Positions 47,957 through 57,994 are shown, counted from the stretch's first letter. The stretch is 64,000 bases of DNA from Minisyncoccota bacterium (GCA_035546575.1 DASZWN010000002.1:96681-160680); one strand, 5' to 3'. Translations and numbers: made by a program. Notes: generated by a model not told the origin, from the letters alone.

Positions 47957-49384
47957 CTAAAAATCCTGCTTCGCTCCCTCAAACACGCCGAAGTCGGTTT
48001 TATCTACTGAGGTAAAGGTAGTGCGCTTTTCGTCAAAGTAGAGCTCCACTTTACCCACCGGGCCGTTGCGGTGCTTCTCGATCAAAATCTCGGCAATGTT
48101 TGTCTTTTCTGTCTCACGATTTTGCTTGTCTTCGCGATGGATAAACATAACGACGTCGGCATCCTGCTCGATAGAGCCCGAGTCGCGCAGGTCGGAGAGG
48201 CGGGGCTTGCCACCGCGTTGCTCCACCGCGCGGCTGAGTTGCGAGAGTGCCAGTACGGGCACGTCGAGCTCGCGCGCGAGTGTTTTAAGCGAGCGGGAGA
48301 TCTCGGTAACTTGCTGCACCAAGCTGTCGGTAGCGCGGGCGCCGGTAGGCACCATCAGCTGGAGGTAGTCCACAATAAGGAGTCCGAGACCGTGTTCGCG
48401 CTTCATGCGGCGGGCAACTGCGCGCATTTTGAGGATATTGCTGCCCGGTTGGTCGTCGATAAATATAGGCGCCTGGCTGAGGCGGTCGTAGGCGTCGCGG
48501 ATACGAGTGAAGTCCTCTTGATCGGTAATGTGTCCCGTGCGCAAACTCCAGGAGTTTACGCGCGCCTCGGCGGCAACCATGCGGTCGATGAGTTGCTGCG
48601 CGGACATCTCGAGCGAGAATATGCCCACCGGGGTCTTGTAGAGCGTTGCCGACTGGCGGGCAATATCGAGCGCGAGCGAGGTCTTACCGACCGATGGGCG
48701 AGCAGCCAAGATAATAAGGTCGGACTTTTGGAGCCCCGCCAACATGTTATCGAGGTCTTTAAAGCCCGTGCGCACACCGCGCAACTCGTCTCGGTGTTCG
48801 TGGAGGTGCTCGAGGCGTGCCCAGGCGTCGGCGAGCGACTCGCGGAGCGACGTAAATTTAGAAAGGGTAGGGGTCGAGGTAACTTCGTAGACTTTTTTCT
48901 CGGCCTTGTCGAGCGTCTGGTCCAAATCCTCGCCCTCGTCAAAGCCGAGTTCGGCAATATACTCGCCCGCGTCAATCAAATTACGCAGCATGTATTTTTT
49001 TTGTACCTGGGCAGCGTAATGGCGAGCGTTAGATGCCGCAGGCACATCGCTTACTAAGTCGGCCAAGTAGGCGGCACCACCGATGCTCTCGAGTTGTTTT
49101 TGGTCGGCAAGCGCCCCTCGCAAACTCTCGATATCGATTGGCTCGTTTTTGCTCCAGAGCCCAAGCATTGCGCGATAGATGATGCGATGTTTTTCGCTGT
49201 AAAAGGCGTCGGCAGAAAGTATGTCGGTCGACTCGGCCATGCCCTCCGGGCGCAACATAAGTGCGCCTAAAAGTGCACGCTCGGTCTCGAGCGTTTGCGG
49301 CGGCACGCGCAAGGGGTCGTTCTTTTTCTGCTTAGTATATTTCTCGGCCATTAGCTCTATGGTACCCCTTTTATCTGCCCGCAA
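47957..49384 (-). CDS. dnaB: replicative DNA helicase
   Basis: N-terminal DnaB domain, Walker A GKTS, RecA-fold C-domain. Confidence 0.9.
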   Translation of the reverse strand: MRADKRGTIELMAEKYTKQKKNDPLRVPPQTLETERALLGALMLRPEGMAESTDILSADAFYSEKHRIIYRAMLGLWSKNEPIDIESLRGALADQKQLESIGGAAYLADLVSDVPAASNARHYAAQVQKKYMLRNLIDAGEYIAELGFDEGEDLDQTLDKAEKKVYEVTSTPTLSKFTSLRESLADAWARLEHLHEHRDELRGVRTGFKDLDNMLAGLQKSDLIILAARPSVGKTSLALDIARQSATLYKTPVGIFSLEMSAQQLIDRMVAAEARVNSWSLRTGHITDQEDFTRIRDAYDRLSQAPIFIDDQPGSNILKMRAVARRMKREHGLGLLIVDYLQLMVPTGARATDSLVQQVTEISRSLKTLARELDVPVLALSQLSRAVEQRGGKPRLSDLRDSGSIEQDADVVMFIHREDKQNRETEKTNIAEILIEKHRNGPVGKVELYFDEKRTTFTSVDKTDFGVFEGAKQDF

Positions 49385-49502
49385 AAAGCAACCTCAAAAC
49401 CCAAACTATGTGGGTATGTGGATATAGGGGGGATAATGAAAAGCCAGCCTTATTTTGCTATAGTGCCTGTAGAGGGGATTGCACGTTGATAGGAGCGGCG
49501 CA

Positions 49503-50045
49503 ATGAACGCCAAACAGAGGTACGAAAAATCAGACAAATCCATCAGGACGCTTCTTCCTGCAGAGTTTTTTGAGACGCTATGTAAGAACTTGGAGGCAAA
49601 GCCTCAGAACGGCGCACCTCTAGGTTCTCGTATGGCCACTGTTGTATACGGCGGCGATACGTTCTGGGTCACTTTTTTTGACGTTGCGACCCAGAAGGCT
49701 CTGCAGCAGATCCATGACTTTACTCGTCAGTCGGCCATGCCCGAAAATACCAGCGACTACGACTGGCTCGAGAATGAGATCGCGGCTATCAAGCAGGAAG
49801 GAGAAACAGGACGCTGGAAGGCAAAGACCGGATTCCTCCTGTTCTATCTGAACGACCCGAGGAAGGGGGAGTATGTGCCGCCGGTACTTAGTGTCCGGCT
49901 CACGACCGAAGGCGATGTCATCCGCACCGATACGAAGCCGGCGTCGGTTATTGGCATGCGGAAAGCGCTCGAGGGTCTTATCCACCAGAAGCGCCCGGAG
50001 AACCTGGAATATGTTGTGTCCAATCTGCCCAAGGCCGACACATAA
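49503..50045 (+). CDS. hypothetical protein
   Basis: About 180 aa from MNAKQRY; no recognisable domain. Confidence 0.4.
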   Translation: MNAKQRYEKSDKSIRTLLPAEFFETLCKNLEAKPQNGAPLGSRMATVVYGGDTFWVTFFDVATQKALQQIHDFTRQSAMPENTSDYDWLENEIAAIKQEGETGRWKAKTGFLLFYLNDPRKGEYVPPVLSVRLTTEGDVIRTDTKPASVIGMRKALEGLIHQKRPENLEYVVSNLPKADT

Positions 50046-50055
50046 CCTGCGTACT

Positions 50056-50086
50056 GTCGCGGAACAAGCTTTAGCTGTTCCGCGAC
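50056..50086. terminator. bidirectional terminator
   Basis: GTCGCGGAACA-agctttagc-TGTTCCGCGAC then TTTATTTTTTT. Confidence 0.6.
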
Positions 50087-50087
50087 T

Positions 50088-51536
50088 TTATTTTTTTACC
50101 ACCTCAGATCTTTCCGGCAAATCTTTTATTTCATAGCCCGCACCTTCTATTTTTTTGCGTAGCTCGTCTGCTTTTTCAAATTCTTTTGCTTTGCGCGCCG
50201 CTTCGCGCTCCTCCATGAGTGTTTGCACCTCTTCCGGCAAATCCGATTTTTCGACTACTTTTATTGTGGCGCTTGGTCGAGCATCGGAGAGCCCAAGCCC
50301 GAGTACGCGGTCTGCAAGCAGAATGCCTGCGCGTTTGCCGGCCGGAGAAACAGTAGTGTCTTTTGTAAATTCCCACACGCGAGCAATCGCGCTTGGGGTA
50401 TCGAGGTCATTGCTAAGTGCCGCATATAACTCTTTTTTAAACTGCTCAGGCACACTGCCGCCCTGCGGCAGCTCTAGGAATGTGCGCGAAAGGCGCGAGA
50501 GCGCCTGCGAGGCGCCCTCCATTGCCTCCCAGGTAAAGTTCATCGGCGTGCGGTAGTGCGCGGTGAGGAAGAGGTAGCGCAGTGCGCGTGCCGAGTAGCC
50601 GCGGTCGATAATATTGCGCAGGTACACGGTGTTGCCAAGCGACTTAGAAATCTTTTTGCCCTCGATCGTGATAAACGCGCCGTGCATCCAATAGCGCACA
50701 TATTGTTTGCCGGTAATAGCCTCCGCCTGCGCTATCTCGTTGTTGTGGTGGACCGGAATATGGTCGATGCCGCCGGTGTGGATGTCGATCTGTTTGCCAA
50801 GGAGCTTAAAAATCATCGCAGTGCACTCGATATGCCAGCCGGGGAAGCCCTTGCCCCACGGCGACTTCCACTCCTGCTGGCGCTTTTCGCCTTTTTTAGA
50901 AAACTTCCAGAGCGCAAAGTCGTGCGGGCTCTTTTTTTGCATATTTTCCTCAACACGCGCGCCCTCTTTAAGATGCTCGAGGTCGATATGCCCCAGCTTG
51001 CCGTACTCTTTAAATTTTGCCGTATCAAAATAGATGCCGTCGTCTATCTGGTACGCATAGCCCTTTTCCCACAAAGCTTTTACGAGTGCTATTTGCTCGG
51101 CGATAAATTTTGTGGCGCGGGGGAATTGGATCTTGCTGCGGTCGATACCAACCTGGTCGAGATCCTTAAAAAAGAGATCAGTTACGCGCTCGGCAATATC
51201 TTGCGCGCGAAGCCCCTGCTTTTTGGCACTTGCTTCCATTTTGTCTTCGCCTTCGTCGGCATCGGACACCAGATGGCCTACGTCGGTGATATTGATAACC
51301 TGACGCACCTTATAACCCCAGAGATTAAGCACTCTTCGCAGGGTGTCGGCAAAAATATACGCTTTGAGATTGCCGATATGCTGCTCGTCGTAGACGGTCG
51401 GCCCGCAGTTGTACATGCTCACCTGGCTGCGCGACAGAGGCTCAAATACGTCGAGGTTGCCCGAAAGGGTATTGTGGAAACGCAAAGGCGGCAATTCAGC
51501 CTTGTCTCGCTTCTTAAAAAATGAAAATAGGCCCAT
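50088..51536 (-). CDS. cysS: cysteinyl-tRNA synthetase
   Basis: Class I aaRS; zinc-binding Cys, KISKS (KMSKS). Confidence 0.9.
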   Translation of the reverse strand: MGLFSFFKKRDKAELPPLRFHNTLSGNLDVFEPLSRSQVSMYNCGPTVYDEQHIGNLKAYIFADTLRRVLNLWGYKVRQVINITDVGHLVSDADEGEDKMEASAKKQGLRAQDIAERVTDLFFKDLDQVGIDRSKIQFPRATKFIAEQIALVKALWEKGYAYQIDDGIYFDTAKFKEYGKLGHIDLEHLKEGARVEENMQKKSPHDFALWKFSKKGEKRQQEWKSPWGKGFPGWHIECTAMIFKLLGKQIDIHTGGIDHIPVHHNNEIAQAEAITGKQYVRYWMHGAFITIEGKKISKSLGNTVYLRNIIDRGYSARALRYLFLTAHYRTPMNFTWEAMEGASQALSRLSRTFLELPQGGSVPEQFKKELYAALSNDLDTPSAIARVWEFTKDTTVSPAGKRAGILLADRVLGLGLSDARPSATIKVVEKSDLPEEVQTLMEEREAARKAKEFEKADELRKKIEGAGYEIKDLPERSEVVKK

Positions 51537-51545
51537 ATCGCTCTA

Positions 51546-52457
51546 TTACAACCATTCTTTATGCTTGAAGTAAAGGAAGCACCCGATTGCAAGCACCACC
51601 ATGCCGCTCACGATTATCCAAAAGTCATAGGCGCTCCCGACGATCGGATTGTTCATCGTGTTCATGCCAAAAACGCCCGCAATAAAGGAGAGCGGAAGGA
51701 AGAGGAACGCGAGCACGGTGAGCGTCTTCATTACCTCATTTTGTTTAGTCGAAAGGAGGCTGTTGTTGGTCTCGCGCAGCTCGACCATCGAGCTCTGCAG
51801 GTTGTCGAGCGTGCGCTCCACGCGCTCCTCGAGGCCGATGAGGTCGCGTAGGTAGTAAGAAAATTCGGGGCCAAAGAGGCGTGAGGTAACCGGCTCCATG
51901 GAGGTGAGCATCTCTTTATGCGGTGCAAGCGCATCGCGGAAGTCGTGTATCACGCGTCCGATCTGCGAGAGCTCGATCACCATTTGCCGTTCCGCGCCCT
52001 TAAAGATGCGATCCTCGGTGTCTTGGAGGCGCCGGCGGATCGTTTGCGACTCGTTGATAAGCGCCTCGTAGAGCGAGCGCGCAAGCGCCGTAAAGAGGTG
52101 CCCTCCGTGCGTATGGCTCATGGGCTTTCCCAGCACCGTTGATACCTCAAAGGCTTGCGCAAAGGCATGCAAAGGGTCGATTGTTTCGTAGCGGGTGGTA
52201 ATGAGGAAGTTTTTTCCGATAATAAAGTCGATCTCTTGCTCTTGGCGCTCGGATGCGCCCCGCATGATAGGGAAGTGGAGTATCACGTAGATAATATCTC
52301 CGCGGCGCTCCACCTTGGGTTTAAACGAAGGCACGAGTAATTCCTCGGCAATAAGCGGATCAATACCAAACTCGTGCATGAGCGAGCGCACCTCGGCCGA
52401 TGTTGGAGCAACGAGGTCAATCCACGAGGCATTTTTTTGCCCCCAGCGCGTGAGCAT
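51546..52457 (-). CDS. corA: magnesium/cobalt transporter CorA
   Basis: C-terminal two TM helices with GMN motif (VFGMNTMN). Start trimmed to MLTRWG. Confidence 0.8.
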   Translation of the reverse strand: MLTRWGQKNASWIDLVAPTSAEVRSLMHEFGIDPLIAEELLVPSFKPKVERRGDIIYVILHFPIMRGASERQEQEIDFIIGKNFLITTRYETIDPLHAFAQAFEVSTVLGKPMSHTHGGHLFTALARSLYEALINESQTIRRRLQDTEDRIFKGAERQMVIELSQIGRVIHDFRDALAPHKEMLTSMEPVTSRLFGPEFSYYLRDLIGLEERVERTLDNLQSSMVELRETNNSLLSTKQNEVMKTLTVLAFLFLPLSFIAGVFGMNTMNNPIVGSAYDFWIIVSGMVVLAIGCFLYFKHKEWL

Positions 52458-52506
52458 ACAGAAAAAGTATACCACCCAAAAATCTTCGTATGCTATACTT
52501 ATTTGT

Positions 52507-53736
52507 ATGATTACAAACAGATGGAAAGCGCTTGGCATTGTTGCCATCGTGGCCGTTGCTTTTGGCGCCGGACTCTACACTGGTGTTGCGCAGCAGATTG
52601 CAAACACTGTTTCCGCACAGAGTATTACTACTTTTACTTCTGCTAAAGAGCCGAGCGATGTCGATGTCTCGCAACTCTGGAAGGCATGGAACTTGCTTCA
52701 CGATAATTACGTTCCGACACACGCTTCGAGTACGATCCCGACCTCGCAAGAGCAGCTCTACGGCGCTATTGCGGGCCTGACCGCAAGTTATGGCGACCCC
52801 TACACCGTATTTTTCCCTCCCGCAGACGCGCAGGTATTCCAAGAGGACATCAGCGGCGCGTTTGGCGGCGTGGGCATGGAGGTGGGCACCAAAGACGGCC
52901 AAGTGGTTGTTGTGGCGCCGCTTAAAGACTCGCCAGCCGAGAAAGCGGGCGTGCACAGCGGCGACGTGATTCTTGCTATCGACGGCAAGTCGACCGAAGG
53001 CATGGGGTCCGACGATGCTATCAAACTTATCCGCGGCAAAGTCGGCACTAGTGTCAAGCTGATCCTTGGCCGCACCGGCGAGACAAAGCCGGTTGAGATA
53101 ACGATTGTACGCGACACGATCAATATTCCGGTGCTCAAGAGCTATAAACGCTCCGACGGTATCTTTGTGATCGAGCTCTACAGCTTCTCGGCAAATTCGG
53201 CGGATCTCTTCCGCTCGGCACTGCGCGACTTCTTTACCTCCGGATCTACAAAAATGATCATCGACCTGCGCGGCAACCCGGGCGGATACCTGGAGGCAGC
53301 CGTCGACATGGCGAGCTACTTCTTGCCTGTGGGCGACACGGTGGTGAGCGAGGACTTTAAGGGCAAACAGCCTACCATCGTGCATCGCTCGGTCGGCTAC
53401 GATGTATTCAAAAATAAAAAACTCTCGCTCGCTATCCTGATAGACCAAGGGTCAGCCTCGGCGTCAGAAATCTTGGCAGGCGCGCTCCAACAGCAGTTTG
53501 GCGCAAAGCTTGTCGGTACGCGCTCCTTCGGTAAAGGCTCGGTGCAGCAGCTCATGGAGCTCGGCGGCGGAGCAGAGCTTAAGGTAACCATCGCCCGCTG
53601 GCTCACACCGAACGGCTCCTCGATCTCCGACGGCGGCCTCACTCCGGATATCAATGCAACTACAACCGCGGCGCAGTTCCAGGCAGGTAACGATCCGCAA
53701 AAAGACGCCGCAGTCCTCTGGCTTACACAGCAGTAG
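52507..53736 (+). CDS. ctpA: carboxyl-terminal processing protease (S41, PDZ-containing)
   Basis: Start at MITNRWK; N-terminal TM, PDZ, S41 catalytic Ser/Lys region (GSASASEILAGAL). Confidence 0.8.
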   Translation: MITNRWKALGIVAIVAVAFGAGLYTGVAQQIANTVSAQSITTFTSAKEPSDVDVSQLWKAWNLLHDNYVPTHASSTIPTSQEQLYGAIAGLTASYGDPYTVFFPPADAQVFQEDISGAFGGVGMEVGTKDGQVVVVAPLKDSPAEKAGVHSGDVILAIDGKSTEGMGSDDAIKLIRGKVGTSVKLILGRTGETKPVEITIVRDTINIPVLKSYKRSDGIFVIELYSFSANSADLFRSALRDFFTSGSTKMIIDLRGNPGGYLEAAVDMASYFLPVGDTVVSEDFKGKQPTIVHRSVGYDVFKNKKLSLAILIDQGSASASEILAGALQQQFGAKLVGTRSFGKGSVQQLMELGGGAELKVTIARWLTPNGSSISDGGLTPDINATTTAAQFQAGNDPQKDAAVLWLTQQ

Positions 53737-53757
53737 GAATTCTGATATAGTCGGGTC

Positions 53758-54207
53758 ATGAAAGTAATACTGCTCAAGGACGTACGGAATGTTGGCCATA
53801 TTGGCGAGGTTAAAAACGTCGCCGACGGCTATGCGCGTAACTTTCTCTTCCCGCAAAAGCTCGCCGAGCCGGCAACGGAGGAAAAGGTGGCTGCAGTAGA
53901 AACTAAAAAGAAAGAGCACGAGGCCGCTATACAGAAAGAGGAGGAGGCGCTTACAGCCAAGATCATGCAGCTGCGCGGCAAAAAGGTAGTGCTTTCCGCC
54001 CGCGCAACCGAGAAGGGGGGCCTCTTTAAGGCAATCGCGGCTAAAGACGTGTTGCGTGCGATAAAAGCCGAGCACAATATCGATATTCCGGAGGAGGCGA
54101 TCGAGTTCCCCGACCATATCAAAACAGTCGGTGAACACGCGGCACTTTTGCGCAGCAAAACCCAAAAAGTAGAGCTCGTGGTCGCTATAGTAGCCGCAGC
54201 AGCATAA
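53758..54207 (+). CDS. rplI: 50S ribosomal protein L9
   Basis: MKVILLKDV...GYARNFL N-domain. Confidence 0.9.
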   Translation: MKVILLKDVRNVGHIGEVKNVADGYARNFLFPQKLAEPATEEKVAAVETKKKEHEAAIQKEEEALTAKIMQLRGKKVVLSARATEKGGLFKAIAAKDVLRAIKAEHNIDIPEEAIEFPDHIKTVGEHAALLRSKTQKVELVVAIVAAAA

Positions 54208-54210
54208 ATC

Positions 54211-54240
54211 AAAAACCCGCTCAAGATGGAGCGGGTTTTT
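54211..54240. terminator. bidirectional terminator between rplI and rpmA
   Basis: AAAAACCCGCTC-aaga-TGGAGCGGGTTTTT. Confidence 0.6.
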
Positions 54241-54257
54241 GATTATTTTTTTAGAAA

Positions 54258-54536
54258 TTATTTGGCCAGGACGTCGACTACCGGGCGGACTTTGGTCTTG
54301 CCGGCAAAGCTTGTCTTGCGGGCGGTGCGGAATGAGACGATACCGTTAATGAGCGAGAAAATAGTGTGGTCCTTGCCGAGGCCGACATTCTTGCCGACCA
54401 TGTAGCGGGTACCGCGCTGGCGGACGATAATAGCACCAGGCTGTGCTACCTCGCCGGCATAAAGCTTAACCCCAAGGAATTTCGCCTGGGAGTCGGTAAG
54501 GTTTTTAGCTGAGCCGCCTGCTTTTTTATGTGCCAT
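54258..54536 (-). CDS. rpmA: 50S ribosomal protein L27
   Basis: MAHKKAGGS... Confidence 0.9.
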   Translation of the reverse strand: MAHKKAGGSAKNLTDSQAKFLGVKLYAGEVAQPGAIIVRQRGTRYMVGKNVGLGKDHTIFSLINGIVSFRTARKTSFAGKTKVRPVVDVLAK

Positions 54537-54585
54537 GGTGTGTTATATTTAGCCCATATATGATAGCAGATAAGGGGATACTCGG

Positions 54586-54610
54586 CAAGCCTGCCTTGCC
54601 GGTAGGCAAG
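54586..54610. repeat. palindromic repeat, copy 5 (GCAAGCCTGCCTTGCCGGTAGGCAAG)
   Basis: In the rpmA leader/promoter region. Confidence 0.55.
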
Positions 54611-54750
54611 AGGCATATAAGCACCCTCCTCATCGCTGCAATTGTTATACTGGTGGGTATTGCGGCATTCGGTCTGGGGCGCCTCTCGGCTCTGCAAGAG
54701 GGTAAACAGGGCCTAGTAATCCACCCCGCACCAACGCAACCCGAGTAACT

Positions 54751-54999
54751 ATGATAAAAAACACCAAACGCGCCATTGTCTTTATAATCGCCATACTGTT
54801 CCTGATCCTGGGAGTAGTCGGGCTCGTGCTGCCGTTCCTCCAGGGGCTTTTATTCCTCGCCGTTGGCATGATACTGCTCTTTTTCCTCTTTCCATCGCTG
54901 CGCGAACGCACTCAGCAATACACGGTTAAATATCCGAAGTTCCATGCGCTTATGAACAGGCTCGAGCAGGTTATTGGCCGTATACTGGGAGACATCTGA
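54751..54999 (+). CDS. YbaN/DUF454-like small inner-membrane protein
   Basis: GLVLPFLQGLLFLAVG pattern. Confidence 0.5.
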   Translation: MIKNTKRAIVFIIAILFLILGVVGLVLPFLQGLLFLAVGMILLFFLFPSLRERTQQYTVKYPKFHALMNRLEQVIGRILGDI

Positions 55000-55000
55000 T

Positions 55001-55603
55001 ATGTTGGCTGTCGATGTAGAGTCATCAGGAGTAGAGGCGCATGTACACTCAATCTTGAGTGTGGGTGCAGTCGACCTTGGGAACCCATCACGGCCGTTTT
55101 TTTATGAGGAGTGCCGCATCTGGGATGGGGCAAAGATGGAGGAAGAAGCCTTTGCCGTAAACGGCTCCTCGGTGGAACAGGCGACCGACCCAAAAAAGCA
55201 GACCGAGGCCGAGCTCGTGCACAAGTTTATCGCCTGGGCTACTCAGGCCGAGGACCGCACTTTTGCAGGCCAGAACGTCTCATTTGACCGCGACTTCCTC
55301 AAATATGCCGCCGGGCGCGCAGGGCATACCGACTGGCCGTTTGCGCACCGTACCATCGACACCCACACCCTATGCTGGATGCATATGGTTAAAAGGGGAC
55401 TGACTCCCCCTCTGGACCCCGAGAAAAAGCGCTCGGCGCTGGACCTCGACGCGATACTTGTGTACTGCGGCATCCCCGAGGAGCCGACGCCGCACAATGC
55501 GCTCACCGGCGCCAAGTCCCACGCCGAGGTGATCTCGCGCCTTTTGTACGACAAGAAACTGCTCCCGGATTTTGAGCAGTACGAGATACCCTGGAAGTCG
55601 TAA
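55001..55603 (+). CDS. DEDD-family 3'-5' exonuclease (DnaQ/RNase T-like)
   Basis: Exo I motif LAVDVESSG; Exo III H...D near the C-terminus. Confidence 0.6.
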   Translation: MLAVDVESSGVEAHVHSILSVGAVDLGNPSRPFFYEECRIWDGAKMEEEAFAVNGSSVEQATDPKKQTEAELVHKFIAWATQAEDRTFAGQNVSFDRDFLKYAAGRAGHTDWPFAHRTIDTHTLCWMHMVKRGLTPPLDPEKKRSALDLDAILVYCGIPEEPTPHNALTGAKSHAEVISRLLYDKKLLPDFEQYEIPWKS

Positions 55604-55608
55604 ATAAA

Positions 55609-55679
55609 CGGGCCGTAGTATATCGGCAGTACACATGCATGGGGTGCATGTAGGCCGGGTTCGATTCCCGGCGGCCCGA
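55609..55679 (+). tRNA. tRNA-Pro (anticodon GGG)
   Basis: Acceptor CGGGCCG/CGGCCCG, anticodon stem CATGC/GCATG with loop AT-GGG-GT, T-arm CCGGG-TTCGATT-CCCGG. Confidence 0.7.
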
Positions 55680-55762
55680 ACGTAGACAGCTACTTGTTTC
55701 TATCGTCTAATTTTGATATAGTAGAGTCAGTTAGTTTCAATGTTCAACAAGGAGCGGTCGCT

Positions 55763-55960
55763 ATGACCACTATCGAATCCGGCGGGGTGATCCACTTTGT
55801 TCCGCCCAAAAGGCCGAGGGTCGACAGGGTTAATACCCTGATCAGCCTCAACGCCCGCGCACAGCGGGCCCAAAAGCCTCTCCTCATCAGTACCCTTGAT
55901 CTGCCTGGCCCAAACGGGCAACAGGCGGTAAAGGTCACTCAAAATGCCCCCGTTGCGTAA
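55763..55960 (+). CDS. small hypothetical protein (65 aa)
   Basis: AAGGAG RBS 8 nt upstream of the ATG. Confidence 0.35.
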   Translation: MTTIESGGVIHFVPPKRPRVDRVNTLISLNARAQRAQKPLLISTLDLPGPNGQQAVKVTQNAPVA

Positions 55961-56168
55961 AGCGAGGGGGCATTTTACTTACACAATGTGAAGATAAGCG
56001 GAAGACACCGACTTTCTTTAGTCAAAGTCCTTTATTTGCAACGTATTCTGGCGTTCATGGGTGGGGGTTAAATCTTGTCAAGGGGTGCCTATTGACCCTA
56101 TTGACAAAAGTATGCTATCATTATCTTATCTCTAGCGCTGTCGAGCGCTGGAGCTTTTTTGTTTCTGG

Positions 56169-56188
56169 CTTGCCTACCGGTAGGCAGG
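56169..56188. repeat. palindromic repeat, copy 6 (CTTGCCTACCGGTAGGCAGG)
   Basis: Upstream of the SLT-like gene. Confidence 0.55.
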
Positions 56189-56230
56189 GCTTACAAGTAA
56201 CCACTGTTCCGAAGCTGTTCGACTCTCATT

Positions 56231-56671
56231 ATGAATCTCACTGCATCTATCGCAATCGCAATCTCTGCAGCGTTTAACGTAACCCCTGCACAGTTGCCGC
56301 CGGCACCAATGCCGCAAGCACAGACAGTAGAAGAGTATGTTCGTTCGTACTTCTCTGACACGCCGATCCTTGCTGAGATCGCATCTTGCGAGTCACAGTT
56401 TAGACAGTTCGGAAAGGATGGTCAGGTAGTCCGCAACCCAACGAGCTCCGCAGTAGGCCTCTTCCAGATTATGTCGTCGATCCACTCCTCGTTCGCTGAC
56501 GAGAAGCTCGGCCTCGACATCAACACGCTCCAGGGTAACGCAGCCTATGCTCGCTACCTTTACCAGAAGGAGGGGACCAAGCCGTGGAATGCGTCTAAGG
56601 CATGCTGGTCTAAGAGCCAGGCATACCAGGACCTCAAGTCTGCACAGTCTCCGCTCGCAATCAATAAGTAA
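56231..56671 (+). CDS. secreted lytic transglycosylase-like (SLT-domain) protein
   Basis: Signal peptide; CES...GLFQIM...YARYLY resembles the SLT catalytic E-S / GLMQ / AYN pattern. Confidence 0.45.
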   Translation: MNLTASIAIAISAAFNVTPAQLPPAPMPQAQTVEEYVRSYFSDTPILAEIASCESQFRQFGKDGQVVRNPTSSAVGLFQIMSSIHSSFADEKLGLDINTLQGNAAYARYLYQKEGTKPWNASKACWSKSQAYQDLKSAQSPLAINK

Positions 56672-56692
56672 TACTTAGCATAAGCTAAACAA

Positions 56693-56731
56693 AAACCGCC
56701 GGGGGAGAGCCCCAGGCGGTTTTTGTATTGT
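56693..56731 (+). terminator. terminator
   Basis: AAAAACCGCCGGGGGAGAGCCCCAGGCGGTTTTTG. Confidence 0.55.
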
Positions 56732-56809
56732 AACTACCCTATTGACCTAACTACAATATTTGTGGTACTTTATCCTGTAGCAAATCGTTCTCATGCGGAG
56801 GAATCACAC

Positions 56810-57181
56810 ATGGCTCAGAAAGTTGTTTTGGTGGTTGACGACGAGGAGGACTGGCGCTCAATCAGTAGGCGGGCCGCCGAGGAACTCGGCTGCGTGGTAG
56901 AAACGGCGCAGACTCTCCAGGCCGCCGTTGCACTGGTCGACCAGAAGAAGTACGACCTGATCATCTCGGACAACAGCATGCCCGCGGGCGACGAAGGTCT
57001 GACGCTGCTTACGCATATTCGCAACGCCGAGCTCAACAAGGACACCAAGTTCGTGCTCTTTACCGGAAGCCAGCAGACAGGTGTCCTGGTCCGGGCTGAA
57101 CGGTATGACGCGCGGTATGTCTACAAGCACGGCAGAAAGCTCATGAATGGCGTTATTGCCGACATTCTCGGCCTCAGGTAG
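56810..57181 (+). CDS. stand-alone response-regulator receiver domain (CheY-like)
   Basis: VVLVVDDEED...DLIISD...; no output domain. Confidence 0.7.
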   Translation: MAQKVVLVVDDEEDWRSISRRAAEELGCVVETAQTLQAAVALVDQKKYDLIISDNSMPAGDEGLTLLTHIRNAELNKDTKFVLFTGSQQTGVLVRAERYDARYVYKHGRKLMNGVIADILGLR

Positions 57182-57198
57182 CTATATAAAGGTTCGTC

Positions 57199-57230
57199 AG
57201 GCGCTCTCAAAAGGAGCGCCTTTCGTTTTG
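57199..57230. terminator. bidirectional terminator
   Basis: AGGCGCTC-tcaaaagg-AGCGCCT then TTCGTTTTG. Confidence 0.5.
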
Positions 57231-57269
57231 TAAAAAGTAGGGAAGTGCTCCCCTCTTTTTGGCGAGTTT

Positions 57270-57806
57270 TTATTTGTCTGCAGCAAGGTTGTGTATTTGT
57301 GAGTCAATCTTATTGAGTTCAGCGATCAGATTTGTAGACATATCACCGACCTCTTTTGATTGTGTGTATTCCCCAAACTCTGCTTCAAGTTTTGTGAGAT
57401 CTTCCTCTCTAAAAAGTCTATGAATAGCCTCAATTCTTCTATTATTAAATTTCCATAACTGATTAATTAATGGAGCTCCGCCTATAAAAATTCTTAATAG
57501 TTTAATCAAATTACCGAGAGTTTCTTCTTCCAAGTCATCCATTTTTACTTTATCGAATGGATCTGCCTCTTTTCTAATTTTTAGAATCTTCGCTTTGGTA
57601 ATGTACCCATAGAGAATAACCTTCAATAATTCTTCAGTACCCTGAGTTGCAACACTAAAAGCAGCAATGTTAAAACCTTTTTCAATTAATTTATCCTCAT
57701 ACTTTCTACCAATATTTTGAAAGCTTTTTATGAGGTCATCTTTGCGTTTCGAGAATTCTTCAAGTGCCCAGTTGATCTCAAGAGATTGAGGATAAGTGAA
57801 GGTCAT
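57270..57806 (-). CDS. AT-rich hypothetical protein with HEPN-like Rx4H motif (possible abortive-infection-type RNase)
   Basis: Helical 178-aa protein; NNRRIEAIHRLF fits Rx4-6H. The gene's GC is far below the window average. Confidence 0.35.
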   Translation of the reverse strand: MTFTYPQSLEINWALEEFSKRKDDLIKSFQNIGRKYEDKLIEKGFNIAAFSVATQGTEELLKVILYGYITKAKILKIRKEADPFDKVKMDDLEEETLGNLIKLLRIFIGGAPLINQLWKFNNRRIEAIHRLFREEDLTKLEAEFGEYTQSKEVGDMSTNLIAELNKIDSQIHNLAADK

Positions 57807-57952
57807 TGGGGAAGTATACGCTTTTAAAAAATACTGCAAATAGGATCTACTTAAATCAAATCAGCCGCCTCCCTTAACAAAAACAATACCGGGGAAGGGG
57901 TTGGGCTGGTTCGAAGCCCTTTATAAGCACATATACGTCGCAAAAGGTATAT

Positions 57953-57994
57953 TGTGCGACGTATAACCTAGAGCGAAGCGGCACTTGCCTGCCT
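57953..57994 (+). repeat. imperfect direct repeat A (TGTGCGACG...GCGAAGCGGCACTTGCCTGCC)
   Basis: Pairs with repeat B at 58561-58601; together they flank a 0.6-kb AT-rich segment. Confidence 0.4.

Noticed and set aside
48071-49057. 328-aa plus-strand ORF inside dnaB and 322-aa ORF (50556-51524) inside cysS
   Set aside because: Both are antisense to unmistakable DnaB and CysRS coding sequences.
52417-53448. 343-aa antisense ORF across ctpA
   Set aside because: Antisense to the PDZ/S41 protease; GC-frame artefact.
54530-54748. 72-aa plus-strand ORF overlapping the rpmA start and containing palindrome copy 5
   Set aside because: It begins inside rpmA on the opposite strand. The membrane-like segment could be real from an internal Met, but evidence is insufficient.
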